A DNA stretch of 64,000 nt from a virus (taxonomy: Duplodnaviria > Caudoviricetes): IMG/VR virus record IMGVR_UViG_3300025840_004398; one strand, given 5' to 3'. The translations under genes were made by a program, and so were the position numbers. The notes beneath the pieces were generated by a model, which ran no database searches, was not told the origin of the DNA, and was given only the letters and a program-made list of their open reading frames with translations. Positions 47,270-56,084 of this stretch are shown in pieces. Position 1 is the stretch's first letter; every line of letters begins with the position of its first letter.

Positions 47270-49345
47270 ATGAAACACACTCAACTCATAGACGAATTAT
47301 TACAAGAACTTAATACACGAGTTGGTATCGTTAACATATACGATAAAGACCAACAATTTATCATGTCTGAAATTCTTACAGAATGGGGTGAGTTCGAAGC
47401 GAAAGAAAAAATCTTTAGATTCTTAAATGAAGCAGAACCAAACAAAAATGATGAAAGATATAAATCTATTGGATTTGGTAGATTTAAGTTAAAAGGTAAA
47501 GAAGGTGAAAACGACCCAACTTACGAAAAAGATGATAAAGGTAATTATGTAAAGTTGGCTAAAAAAGATGGTGAAGGTGGTGGTGATGGAGAAACTCCAC
47601 AACAAGGAACTGCATTAAAAGGTAAAGGTGGACAGGATTATAAATCCAGATTACCAAAAGGAGACCCTGCTTCTACTAAATTATCCGATATTGAAAGTAA
47701 AATAGAGTCATCTGTACCTGAATATCAAATAAAACATTATAAAGAAATTGCTAAAGAAGAATCGGTGAAGATAGAAGGTGATACTTCTAAATCTGATAGA
47801 ACAAAATCTATACAAAATTTATACGCCAAATTACAACTAATATCTATGGGAGAAGATATTGAGTTGAGTGATAGTGATATTTCTAATTTATCTAAATTAA
47901 TAATTAGTGGTAACCCAAGAAGTGGTCAGTTATATGATTCTACCATGGGTATGAGTAAAGCAGATGGTATTCAATCAGTTAGTAATAACTCACCTAACTA
48001 TGCAAATAGAAATATAGATAAAAATGAATTATTGAATAATTGGAACAATGTAGTAAAATACATGGATTCTAAAGACATACCTAAAGAATCACGACCTAAA
48101 TTTAAAGCAGGTGTAAATACTTTGATTGATAATCCTCCAAAAGTAGGACATAATCCTGTTAGCATGAAACCAAACAGATTAATGGAATCTGTACCCAAGA
48201 CACCAGCAAATGAGTTATTAGAAGATAAAACCATTTCTGATTTAAAAGAAAAACAAGGAATTGAGGTAGGTGACGATGACCTTTTTGGTGTACCACTTGA
48301 CAGAAATAACCCAAAAAGTTTTTTAGATAATATTAATTTGGTATCTAAATCAACAACACAATATATTGATAGTGTAAATTCACCTGATACTAAGGCATAT
48401 TTTGATAAGTTTAGTAATGGTATTGATAGTATCATTAATGATGAATCTTTATCAGACGACCAAAAACTTGAAAAAATAAATAAAGAATTACCACAATTAT
48501 TTACACAACTTTATAATGATTCTCTTGAAGTTTCTGATGATGAAGCTAAGAATGTTCTAAAAGATTTTGGAGAATTGGTGGTTTATATGGATTTCTTGAG
48601 TAAAAAAGAAGAAGTTTATTTACCAGTTTCTGGTAATTATCCACTTGGAGATGTTATTGTTGTTAAAAGAGATGGTAATGGAGATGCACTAACGATAGAT
48701 AGTGTAAGTATCAAATCACAAAGAGGAAAAGAAGAGCAACCTGGTTCATCTGCAATGGAATTTTGTAAACACTTTGCAAATGTTTATCCTGAACATAAAA
48801 ATACATTTGAATCTTTGGGTGCATTGCACACAAATTCAGTAGATAAAGTAAAGTTTGAAGATATTCGTGATGAAAAAATTAAAAAAGAAATTGAATCCAT
48901 TCAAAAGTTAAATGATATGAAATCATTTGATGATGCTAAAAAAGTTTGTGATGAACTTGGATTGGATTGGGATAAAGTTAATACATCTTTAGAAAGAACT
49001 CATTATCCAAAATATCAAAATGAGATAGAATTTTCAGCTAAATCTATGAGGAATGTTGTTAAAGAATTAGTTTATAGACAATATTCTTTTAATAAAACAC
49101 TTAATACTATGTCTGAACTCAACTTAGATACTAAACTTAAATTTGTAGAAGTTGTAGTAGAACCAGAAGAAGTTGCAGTTAGACCAAAAGGTGAAAATTC
49201 TACAACTTCTGATTTCGGTGCACATGATAAGGGATACTTAGGTAAAGGAAAAATCATAAAAGACCCACCCCCTCCGAGGGTAGGACCTGTAAAATACGAA
49301 AGTGCAAACATGGCACTAAGGTATAAGCCAAAAAAATCTGAATAA
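47270..49345 (+). CDS. Large hypothetical protein (691 aa), possibly with a PD-(D/E)XK-like segment
   Basis: Long ORF with AGGA SD; PVSGNYPLGDVIVV...SVSIK weakly resembles a restriction-nuclease fold. Confidence 0.6.
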   Translation: MKHTQLIDELLQELNTRVGIVNIYDKDQQFIMSEILTEWGEFEAKEKIFRFLNEAEPNKNDERYKSIGFGRFKLKGKEGENDPTYEKDDKGNYVKLAKKDGEGGGDGETPQQGTALKGKGGQDYKSRLPKGDPASTKLSDIESKIESSVPEYQIKHYKEIAKEESVKIEGDTSKSDRTKSIQNLYAKLQLISMGEDIELSDSDISNLSKLIISGNPRSGQLYDSTMGMSKADGIQSVSNNSPNYANRNIDKNELLNNWNNVVKYMDSKDIPKESRPKFKAGVNTLIDNPPKVGHNPVSMKPNRLMESVPKTPANELLEDKTISDLKEKQGIEVGDDDLFGVPLDRNNPKSFLDNINLVSKSTTQYIDSVNSPDTKAYFDKFSNGIDSIINDESLSDDQKLEKINKELPQLFTQLYNDSLEVSDDEAKNVLKDFGELVVYMDFLSKKEEVYLPVSGNYPLGDVIVVKRDGNGDALTIDSVSIKSQRGKEEQPGSSAMEFCKHFANVYPEHKNTFESLGALHTNSVDKVKFEDIRDEKIKKEIESIQKLNDMKSFDDAKKVCDELGLDWDKVNTSLERTHYPKYQNEIEFSAKSMRNVVKELVYRQYSFNKTLNTMSELNLDTKLKFVEVVVEPEEVAVRPKGENSTTSDFGAHDKGYLGKGKIIKDPPPPRVGPVKYESANMALRYKPKKSE

Positions 49346-49347
49346 TA

Positions 49348-49379
49348 TTTGGCCAATTCAAATATTTTTTGTATCTTTG
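49348..49379 (+). promoter_or_regulatory. Bacteroidota-type sigma70 promoter (-33/-7)
   Basis: TTTG-N20-TATCTTTG. Confidence 0.8.
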
Positions 49380-49402
49380 TAAAAATTTTTAAACTTTAAT
49401 AT

Positions 49403-50746
49403 ATGAATACTTTAAATCAAGTAAGGGATTTTATTACCCAAGAATTAAATGAATTAAACAATTTAAATGGAGCAAAACAATTAACAAGAAAATCGTTAAT
49501 TCAAACATTCCAAAAATCTATTGAAGAATTACCAAAAGAACATCTTGATAGTATATTAGGTGTTTTCCTTAAAGGTCTACAATTTGAAGAAAGACTAAAT
49601 TCTGGATTGGGTAAAAATAGATTAACCTACAAAGATGTACAATCTTTATTTAGTAAATACAATTATCTTATCGATTCTTATGGTGATGGTAACCCTAACC
49701 ATGTAAAAAACTTCGTTACAGAATCAAGACCTATTCAAATTTCAGAAAACTTCATAATTTCATCATTTGAACTTTTACCAAAAGAAATGAAAGATTCATT
49801 AACTGGCAAAGGTGGTGTTGGTGATGTTGGTAAAAAACATCAATTTTTAGGATATACTACTGAAAGTGGAAGAATTACATCAGACCGAACTGATGAATAT
49901 ATTACAGGAATACATCGTGGTAGTGCTGGTAACAAAGATAGAGGTAGATTCGTTTGGAGAGTTATTTTAGAACAAGGTGGTATAGACCCATATACAGGTA
50001 ATAAATTAGACCTCAACTCTATTGATTTGGAGCATGTTGTTGCATTTGACAATAGTGATAATGGTCAACCCACTATGGATGATTATATGGCAAGAGAACA
50101 TGATGACAATATTATTATCTGTAATACCAATGTAAATCAAATGAAAAATAATCTTTCTATGAAAGACTTTTTAGACCAAAGAGTTTTACCTGAAACTACC
50201 AAAACCAAAGAAGAGTTTGAAATGATTGATGAGTTATATGAAATTGCCAATAACTTTTCTGATATTACTAAACAAAAGGCAACTGAATTGGTAGAACAAC
50301 TTGAAAATAAAACAATTTCGGCAGAATCACTTTTAAGTATATTTGAAGAATGGGATAGTAAAGTTAAAACCATAAAAGATAATGCTCGTAAAGTTATAGA
50401 AAATCCAAGAGATAGAAGTAAAATTACATCACTTAAATCAGAATTGGGTAAAAATATAATTCAATCAATGGGATTGAGTAGAGGACTTACACATCATAGT
50501 GGTAGAAGAACAGTTAAACTTACTTCTGATAACATTTATAGAGGATATATAGTTTCTATGGTTGAAAATTTCGAAAATAATAGTAATTATAAATCAGAAT
50601 GGGAACAAGCGCGCTTGGTTGGTAATGAATATGCTAAAACAATGGGTTCTAACGGACAACCGGCTATGTTAGAGTATATCCTCAAAAACAAACTCATATC
50701 AAATAGAGTTTTGCAAGATAAAAAAATGTCAAAAGTATGGAATTAA
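49403..50746 (+). CDS. HNH endonuclease-domain protein (447 aa)
   Basis: GGIDPYTGNKL....IDLEHVV...D..NIIICNTNVNQMK. Confidence 0.7.
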   Translation: MNTLNQVRDFITQELNELNNLNGAKQLTRKSLIQTFQKSIEELPKEHLDSILGVFLKGLQFEERLNSGLGKNRLTYKDVQSLFSKYNYLIDSYGDGNPNHVKNFVTESRPIQISENFIISSFELLPKEMKDSLTGKGGVGDVGKKHQFLGYTTESGRITSDRTDEYITGIHRGSAGNKDRGRFVWRVILEQGGIDPYTGNKLDLNSIDLEHVVAFDNSDNGQPTMDDYMAREHDDNIIICNTNVNQMKNNLSMKDFLDQRVLPETTKTKEEFEMIDELYEIANNFSDITKQKATELVEQLENKTISAESLLSIFEEWDSKVKTIKDNARKVIENPRDRSKITSLKSELGKNIIQSMGLSRGLTHHSGRRTVKLTSDNIYRGYIVSMVENFENNSNYKSEWEQARLVGNEYAKTMGSNGQPAMLEYILKNKLISNRVLQDKKMSKVWN

Positions 50747-50829
50747 ATTTAAATATTAAAAATAACAACTCTAATTGGGGTTTAGATTAAAGAGTTCTCA
50801 TTATCTCAACCTTTCCTTTAATATTTTTA

Positions 50830-50837
50830 TATTTATA
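50830..50837 (+). promoter_or_regulatory. Putative late-promoter motif TATTTATA
   Basis: 26 nt before ORF 50864, followed by AGGA. Confidence 0.5.
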
Positions 50838-50863
50838 TAAGAATAAAACGATAGGAAAGATAA

Positions 50864-51265
50864 ATGCAAACACAGTTACTCTGTACATTTACAAACAAAG
50901 AGGAACTACAAAATACCCTACAACTTATTAGAGAGACATATCACATAGTTTACAACTATATCTATGTACTCCAAAATAAGGGTAATTTGGATGAACTTTT
51001 TATTACATATAATATCGATACTGAATATAGACCAGAGAAACCTTTGGAAGATACTATATTGGTACATCGTAAAAAACAAAGTAATACACTATATACTATT
51101 AACGCACTCAACGAGTTAGTTAAAGAAGAGAATGGTGGGGTTTTAGATAAATCTTTTTCTATCGATTGGGATAAATTCAAAAACTCAATTATAGTTACCA
51201 ACGTAGAGGGAACAAAGAAAATCTCTACCAGAATCTTCGAGGTAATAGAATTTAATGAAAAATAG
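50864..51265 (+). CDS. Conserved phage hypothetical protein
   Basis: 133 aa, MQTQLLCTF...VHRKKQSNTLYTINALN. Confidence 0.75.
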   Translation: MQTQLLCTFTNKEELQNTLQLIRETYHIVYNYIYVLQNKGNLDELFITYNIDTEYRPEKPLEDTILVHRKKQSNTLYTINALNELVKEENGGVLDKSFSIDWDKFKNSIIVTNVEGTKKISTRIFEVIEFNEK

Positions 51266-51282
51266 TTACAAAACACTGCAAA

Positions 51283-51891
51283 ATGATAAATGATATTTTT
51301 GTATTTGATGATATAATATCAAAAGAAAATCAAAATATTTTAGAAGATTATGTTAAAAACCATCCACATGGGTGGACTTATGGAAGTAATATATCCTATT
51401 TACAAACTGGATATGAATTTGGTCAGTATGTCTTACCTCCCACTTATAATTTTAATTCTAAAATTTTAGATATTATACACGAAATTGAAAAAAATGTTTG
51501 TGATAGATTAGAAAAAAAATTCCTAAAAAATTACAGATTCAAAATTAACTTACTAAAAGTTTCTGAAAATCCGATAGGTAAAGAAATCAAAAAAGCTATA
51601 CATATTGATAGAGATAATCCTCATGTATCGTTAGTTTACTACATAAACAATACTGATGGGAATACTTCATTTTATAATTTTAAAGGAGATAATCTTAAAA
51701 ACCTTCTTAAATATGTTGATAATAGTCAATTTAATAAATTTGAATTATTAAAAGAAGTTAGTCCAAAAAAAGGAAGAGTTGCTGTTTTTGATGGAATGAC
51801 ACCACATCATTCTAATTATCCAACTAAGAAAGATAGATATATTGTGAATATGAACATAGTAATAGAAGAAGATAAAAAAACTTTACTATGA
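51283..51891 (+). CDS. 2OG-Fe(II) oxygenase (prolyl-hydroxylase-like)
   Basis: HID, LVYYINNTDGNT, VSPKKGRVAVFDG...HHS.YP....R. Confidence 0.8.
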   Translation: MINDIFVFDDIISKENQNILEDYVKNHPHGWTYGSNISYLQTGYEFGQYVLPPTYNFNSKILDIIHEIEKNVCDRLEKKFLKNYRFKINLLKVSENPIGKEIKKAIHIDRDNPHVSLVYYINNTDGNTSFYNFKGDNLKNLLKYVDNSQFNKFELLKEVSPKKGRVAVFDGMTPHHSNYPTKKDRYIVNMNIVIEEDKKTLL

Positions 51892-52871
51892 ATACATTAG
51901 ATAAACAATACCAAGATTTACTTCAAGATATCTTAGAGAATGGGGTTGAAAAAGAAGATAGAACGGGTACTGGTACACTATCAGTATTTGGTAGACAAAT
52001 CAGACACAACCTTAACGATGAGTTTCCACTACTTACCACAAAGAAGATGGCAATCAAATCTATTATGACAGAACTTAAATGGTTCTTAAAAGGAGATACT
52101 AACATCAAATATTTAGTTGACAATGGATGTAACATTTGGAATGGTGATGCATATAAGAACTACCGTATGAAACAAGTTCCTCATGACCACTTTGAAACCG
52201 AAGAAGAGTTTATAGAACTTATCAAAACTAATGATAAGTTTGCAGAAAAGTGGGGTGAGTTAGGACCTATCTATGGTAAACAATGGAGAGATTGGAACAG
52301 AGTAGACCAAATCAAAACTATTATAGAAACTCTTAAAACTAATCCTGATAGTAGAAGAATTATGTTATCTGCTTGGAATGTTTCTGAATTAGACCAAGTA
52401 GTTTTACCTCCATGCCATTATGGTTTCCAACTATACACACGAGTACTTGATTTAGATGAAAGAATAGATTGGTATAATAAGAACTCAGACCCATCTCACC
52501 AATCAAGAGATTACTTCCACGAACATATGGATGATTATGCAGTTCCTCGTAGAGTTATTTCTCTTATGTGGAATCAACGTTCAGTAGATACGTTCTTAGG
52601 GTTACCATTTAACATTGCTTCTTACGCTATGTTATTACATTTGATTGCAAACGAAGTTAATATGATGCCTGGTGAAATCATTGGTAATCTTGGTGATACT
52701 CACTTATACAAAAATCATATTGAACAAGCAGAAGAACAAATCTCACGAGAACCAAAACCACATTTACCAAAATTAAAATTGAGTAATGTGGATATTTTAA
52801 ATGGTGAATTTGATTATGAAATTTTACATTATCATTCTCATCCAACAATTAAAGCACCTTTAAGTAATTAG
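51888..52871 (+). CDS. thyA: Thymidylate synthase
   Basis: DRTGTGT, FPLLTTKK, ELKWFLKG, LGPIYGKQWR, PDSRR, LPPCH, NQRSVD.FLGLPFNIASY, GDTHLYKNH. Confidence 0.97.
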   Translation: MNTLDKQYQDLLQDILENGVEKEDRTGTGTLSVFGRQIRHNLNDEFPLLTTKKMAIKSIMTELKWFLKGDTNIKYLVDNGCNIWNGDAYKNYRMKQVPHDHFETEEEFIELIKTNDKFAEKWGELGPIYGKQWRDWNRVDQIKTIIETLKTNPDSRRIMLSAWNVSELDQVVLPPCHYGFQLYTRVLDLDERIDWYNKNSDPSHQSRDYFHEHMDDYAVPRRVISLMWNQRSVDTFLGLPFNIASYAMLLHLIANEVNMMPGEIIGNLGDTHLYKNHIEQAEEQISREPKPHLPKLKLSNVDILNGEFDYEILHYHSHPTIKAPLSN

Positions 52872-52872
52872 T

Positions 52873-53181
52873 ATGGAAATAGATGTTTTAGATATTTTAA
52901 AATCATGGTCTATAAAATTAAATCCAAACAAAAAACAATCTAAAATAGCAAAAGATAGATTGGAAATATGTATAGGTACAGATACGACAGATAAATGTGA
53001 ATATGTAAATGAATATATATCCGGTAAAAAATGGTCTTGTGTTTGTAGTGTATGTGGATGTGCTATATCTGCTAAGGTATTTTCTCCAACTGTTAATGCA
53101 TGTCCTAAAAATAAATGGATAAATGTTGATAAAAATAACGGTTTGATTACGGATGATAAAAAAGATAGTACTCTATTTTAA
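52873..53181 (+). CDS. Small Cys-rich protein (DUF6171-like)
   Basis: RLEIC...C...C.VCGC...K......CP..KW. Confidence 0.6.
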   Translation: MEIDVLDILKSWSIKLNPNKKQSKIAKDRLEICIGTDTTDKCEYVNEYISGKKWSCVCSVCGCAISAKVFSPTVNACPKNKWINVDKNNGLITDDKKDSTLF

Positions 53182-53225
53182 TTTTCTATATATTTATTAA
53201 TAAATAAATAAAAGGCTTTTATATT

Positions 53226-55232
53226 ATGAGAGGAACATTAATAGGCAGTGATTTATTACAGAGTGGAAGCTCTGTAAAAATATTAGAAATAAATACTAAT
53301 ACATCAATAAATAACGAAGGTGTTTTAGAATTATACTTTGAAGGACTATTTGACATGATAGTTTCAAATAGTATAGATGAATTTCATTATATATATACAG
53401 AAGGTGTATCATGGCCGGATTCACCTGATTCCAAAGACTATCCTACTGCTAATTATTTTGAAGATGAGATAAAAAGACAGTGTTTGAATAAAGGACTAAC
53501 TTACACGGCTCATCCTGTTGTCAAAAATTCAATTACAGTACCATCAATAACAGATGCTGATAATAAATTTATATTAAGACAGGCTTTTGATGTATCTGCT
53601 ATAGTTGATTCTACTTATTGTGCAGATAAACTGGAGTTTTTTAAATTAATGAGTGGTTCGGAATACATTCCAAAAACTTACCTTTCTGGTTCATCTGATT
53701 TGTATTTAGATTCATTTGATTCTTCTTCCATTGATTTTAGCTCATCTGTTCCTAATTTTATAGAAAAATCAAGAAATGCAGAATACGATGTTAGTGAGTA
53801 TCCTGCTGTTGGTATTATATCTTCCAATGAACAATTAGATGAAAGAAAAGAAAGATTGGGAAGTAATAGACTAATACAAGAATTTATATCGGATGATTCA
53901 AATATTGAATCAAATAGAAGAACTGTAATAAGAAGTATAGATATATTGTATGGAAGTGATTTAGATGTATTACATCTTGGAGCTTATAAAGTTTCTACTG
54001 AGGTTGATGTAGACTTTTGCGAAGATTCATATGCTACACAAGAATTAGCAGGTGGAACTACATATAGTAGTCAAGTTTTAGAAGGACCTTCTCGAATTAA
54101 ATGGCTATTTAATAGACATTTACAAGATAATATATCTCATTATCACTGTGATGGAGATGACACTGTTTTAATGGCAGATGGTAGCGAAAAAACATTTGAA
54201 GATTTAGAACTAAATGATGTTGTAAAAACTCTATCATTTTCTTTAATTTCAGGTTCTTCTATAAATGGAGAGTCCGCTCCTGCAGAAGAATTCAGACATC
54301 ATTATGGTAACTTTGATTTACTTTCATCTTCTATAAGTGAAGTTACATCGTCTGTTGTAAATAAAACCGAAGTAAATCAAAGCGCTTTATACGTTAGTAT
54401 ATCTCTTGATAATGGTAGTACTATTATTGATGTTCCTGGTAGTAACTACCTTATAGAAGAGTCTGGTTCCGCATCTAATATGGTTTATTATACTGCTGCT
54501 AATTCACTCGTAGTAGGTGATAAAATAATTGTATATGAAGCTGCAACAGGACAATTGAGTAGATTAGAAGTTACAAATTTAGGAATAAAGTATCAGTACA
54601 ACAAATTTTTAGGTAGTGTGGATGTTGAACCTTGGGATACTTATCTTCCAGAAATTACAAATGGATTTTATGCTATTCAACACAACCCTTGTAATTATTG
54701 TGGAAACTATTGGTATCCATGTGGTAACTATTGGTGTGATTATAGTTGTTACTATTGTTCTGCTGGAGGTATTTGTTTTATAGCTGGAACTAAAATAAGT
54801 TTATCAAGTGGTGAAACTAAAAATATTGAAGATATTGTAGTAGGTGATGAAGTTGTATCATACAATGAACAAACAGGTTTTCAAGAAAATAAATCTGTAA
54901 CTGAGTTAAATCAACCTATCCACGATGATTTAGTAAAATACACTTTCTCTAATGGAACTGAAATTACTTGTACATATGACCACCCATTCTATGTAAACGA
55001 TATGAAGTTGGCATCTTATAAACCTGATTTGACAATTGCAAGATATGAATTAGGTGAAGTTTCTGCAATTAAAGTAGGTGATTTTGTATTTACACTTTCA
55101 GGTGATGTTGATGTAACGATTCAAAGTATTGAAGAACTACCACTAGTAGATACTCAAACATATATTTTCTCAGTTGAAGATAATAACAACTTTTACGCAA
55201 ACGAGATACTGACTCATAATAAAAAATTCTAA
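53226..55232 (+). CDS. Circularly permuted ATP-grasp ligase - Hint - Cys-rich peptide - Hint fusion (668 aa)
   Basis: N-terminal GSDLL...KILEINTN placed before ILRQ, DKLEF, IPKTY, PNFIEK, LIQEFI, RS (permuted ATP-grasp order); two Hint domains flank a 29-aa peptide. Confidence 0.7.
   Translation: MRGTLIGSDLLQSGSSVKILEINTNTSINNEGVLELYFEGLFDMIVSNSIDEFHYIYTEGVSWPDSPDSKDYPTANYFEDEIKRQCLNKGLTYTAHPVVKNSITVPSITDADNKFILRQAFDVSAIVDSTYCADKLEFFKLMSGSEYIPKTYLSGSSDLYLDSFDSSSIDFSSSVPNFIEKSRNAEYDVSEYPAVGIISSNEQLDERKERLGSNRLIQEFISDDSNIESNRRTVIRSIDILYGSDLDVLHLGAYKVSTEVDVDFCEDSYATQELAGGTTYSSQVLEGPSRIKWLFNRHLQDNISHYHCDGDDTVLMADGSEKTFEDLELNDVVKTLSFSLISGSSINGESAPAEEFRHHYGNFDLLSSSISEVTSSVVNKTEVNQSALYVSISLDNGSTIIDVPGSNYLIEESGSASNMVYYTAANSLVVGDKIIVYEAATGQLSRLEVTNLGIKYQYNKFLGSVDVEPWDTYLPEITNGFYAIQHNPCNYCGNYWYPCGNYWCDYSCYYCSAGGICFIAGTKISLSSGETKNIEDIVVGDEVVSYNEQTGFQENKSVTELNQPIHDDLVKYTFSNGTEITCTYDHPFYVNDMKLASYKPDLTIARYELGEVSAIKVGDFVFTLSGDVDVTIQSIEELPLVDTQTYIFSVEDNNNFYANEILTHNKKF
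54144..54686 (+). other. Hint domain 1 (N-terminally degenerate, C-terminal HN intact)
   Basis: H-C-D-G-D-D-T-V-L-M-A-D-G: position 1 aligns to His. No TxxH block B. SVDVEPWDTYL...QHN-P end. Confidence 0.65.
54687..54773 (+). other. Inter-Hint peptide PCNYCGNYWYPCGNYWCDYSCYYCSAGGI
   Basis: 29 aa with 6 Cys and 9 Tyr/Trp; CGNYW occurs twice. Confidence 0.6.
54774..55220 (+). other. Hint domain 2 (canonical)
   Basis: CFIAGTKI, IEDIVVGDEV, TCTYDHPF, TYIFSV.DNNNFYAN..LTHN-KKF. Confidence 0.85.
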
Positions 55233-55250
55233 TAAAAAATTTAATTTGAT

Positions 55251-55376
55251 ATGGAAAAAATAAATAGAAATTGGATAATAAATAATAGAGTACATCCTGT
55301 TGATGGAAATACTAAAGAGCAAATTAAATTAGCAATACAAGATTTTGTTAATAGAGTAAAAGCTAGACATTTGTAA
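55251..55376 (+). CDS. Small hypothetical protein (41 aa; not in ORF track)
   Basis: MEKINRNWIINNRVHPVDGNTKEQIKLAIQDFVNRVKARHL, directly after the Hint fusion. Confidence 0.45.
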   Translation: MEKINRNWIINNRVHPVDGNTKEQIKLAIQDFVNRVKARHL

Positions 55377-55391
55377 TTTTTTTTTAAAATA

Positions 55392-55423
55392 TTTGGAATT
55401 TAAAAATAAATTTCGTATATTTG
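55392..55423 (+). promoter_or_regulatory. Bacteroidota-type sigma70 promoter (-33/-7)
   Basis: TTTG-N20-TATATTTG. Confidence 0.8.
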
Positions 55424-55445
55424 TATAAAATATAATTACTGATAT

Positions 55446-55907
55446 ATGGCAAAACGCAAGACTATTAAAAAATCAGAACCTAATATTATATCACAGGTTC
55501 AGAAAAAAACTCACAAATTAAACATTAAACCAATAGGTGAACAAGAAATGGAGGTAATCAAGTATGATGACCCCGATATTGTTATCCAAATGGAAAAGGA
55601 ATGGCCTGAGATGACAGATGAATTCAAAAGAATTATGTTTACTCAGTATGAACTATTCTGTAAAAAACAATCAAATTATGGTCCTGATAATATAGCAGCA
55701 GGAACTTCTTTGTCAACTGACGAAGATATTAAACTTTCTTTAACTGGTTTGTTTTTTAGAATTAATGACAAAGTTCAAAGAATTAAGAACTTAATTGTAT
55801 TAGGAAAAAAAGACAATGTTGGAGAAGTTATTGATGATACCTTTCAAGACTTATCTATATATGGAATTATTGCCCAAATCGTTAAAAATGATAAGTGGGG
55901 AAAATAA
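55446..55907 (+). CDS. DUF1599/Nmad1-like (nucleotide modification associated) protein
   Basis: LFCKKQSNYG..N...RINDKVQRIKNL...E.IDDTFQDLSIYGII. Confidence 0.65.
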   Translation: MAKRKTIKKSEPNIISQVQKKTHKLNIKPIGEQEMEVIKYDDPDIVIQMEKEWPEMTDEFKRIMFTQYELFCKKQSNYGPDNIAAGTSLSTDEDIKLSLTGLFFRINDKVQRIKNLIVLGKKDNVGEVIDDTFQDLSIYGIIAQIVKNDKWGK

Positions 55908-55918
55908 TTAAATTAATA

Positions 55919-55950
55919 TTTGGATAATTAAAAAATTTTTCGTATCTTTG
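55919..55950 (+). promoter_or_regulatory. Bacteroidota-type sigma70 promoter (-33/-7)
   Basis: TTTG-N20-TATCTTTG; a TATTTATA motif follows at 56020-56027. Confidence 0.8.
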
Positions 55951-56084
55951 TACAACAAAAATCATAAAAAATTTAACACAAAAAGTGATAAATAAATCGG
56001 TGATTTTTCACTTTGGTTATATTTATATATAGTAAAACACACACCGATAAAACATTAATTATTAACATTTAAAGAGGTAAAATT

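Noticed and set aside
50747-50863. Non-coding guide or HEARO-like RNA downstream of the HNH gene
   Set aside because: The gap is only 117 nt, includes the next promoter motif and SD, and shows no convincing stable structure.
27129-55220. The three Hint domains as ordinary selfish inteins
   Set aside because: The +1 residues are Lys, Pro and Lys rather than Cys/Ser/Thr, there is no homing endonuclease, and they are not in conserved enzyme active sites. One lacks the N-terminal nucleophile.
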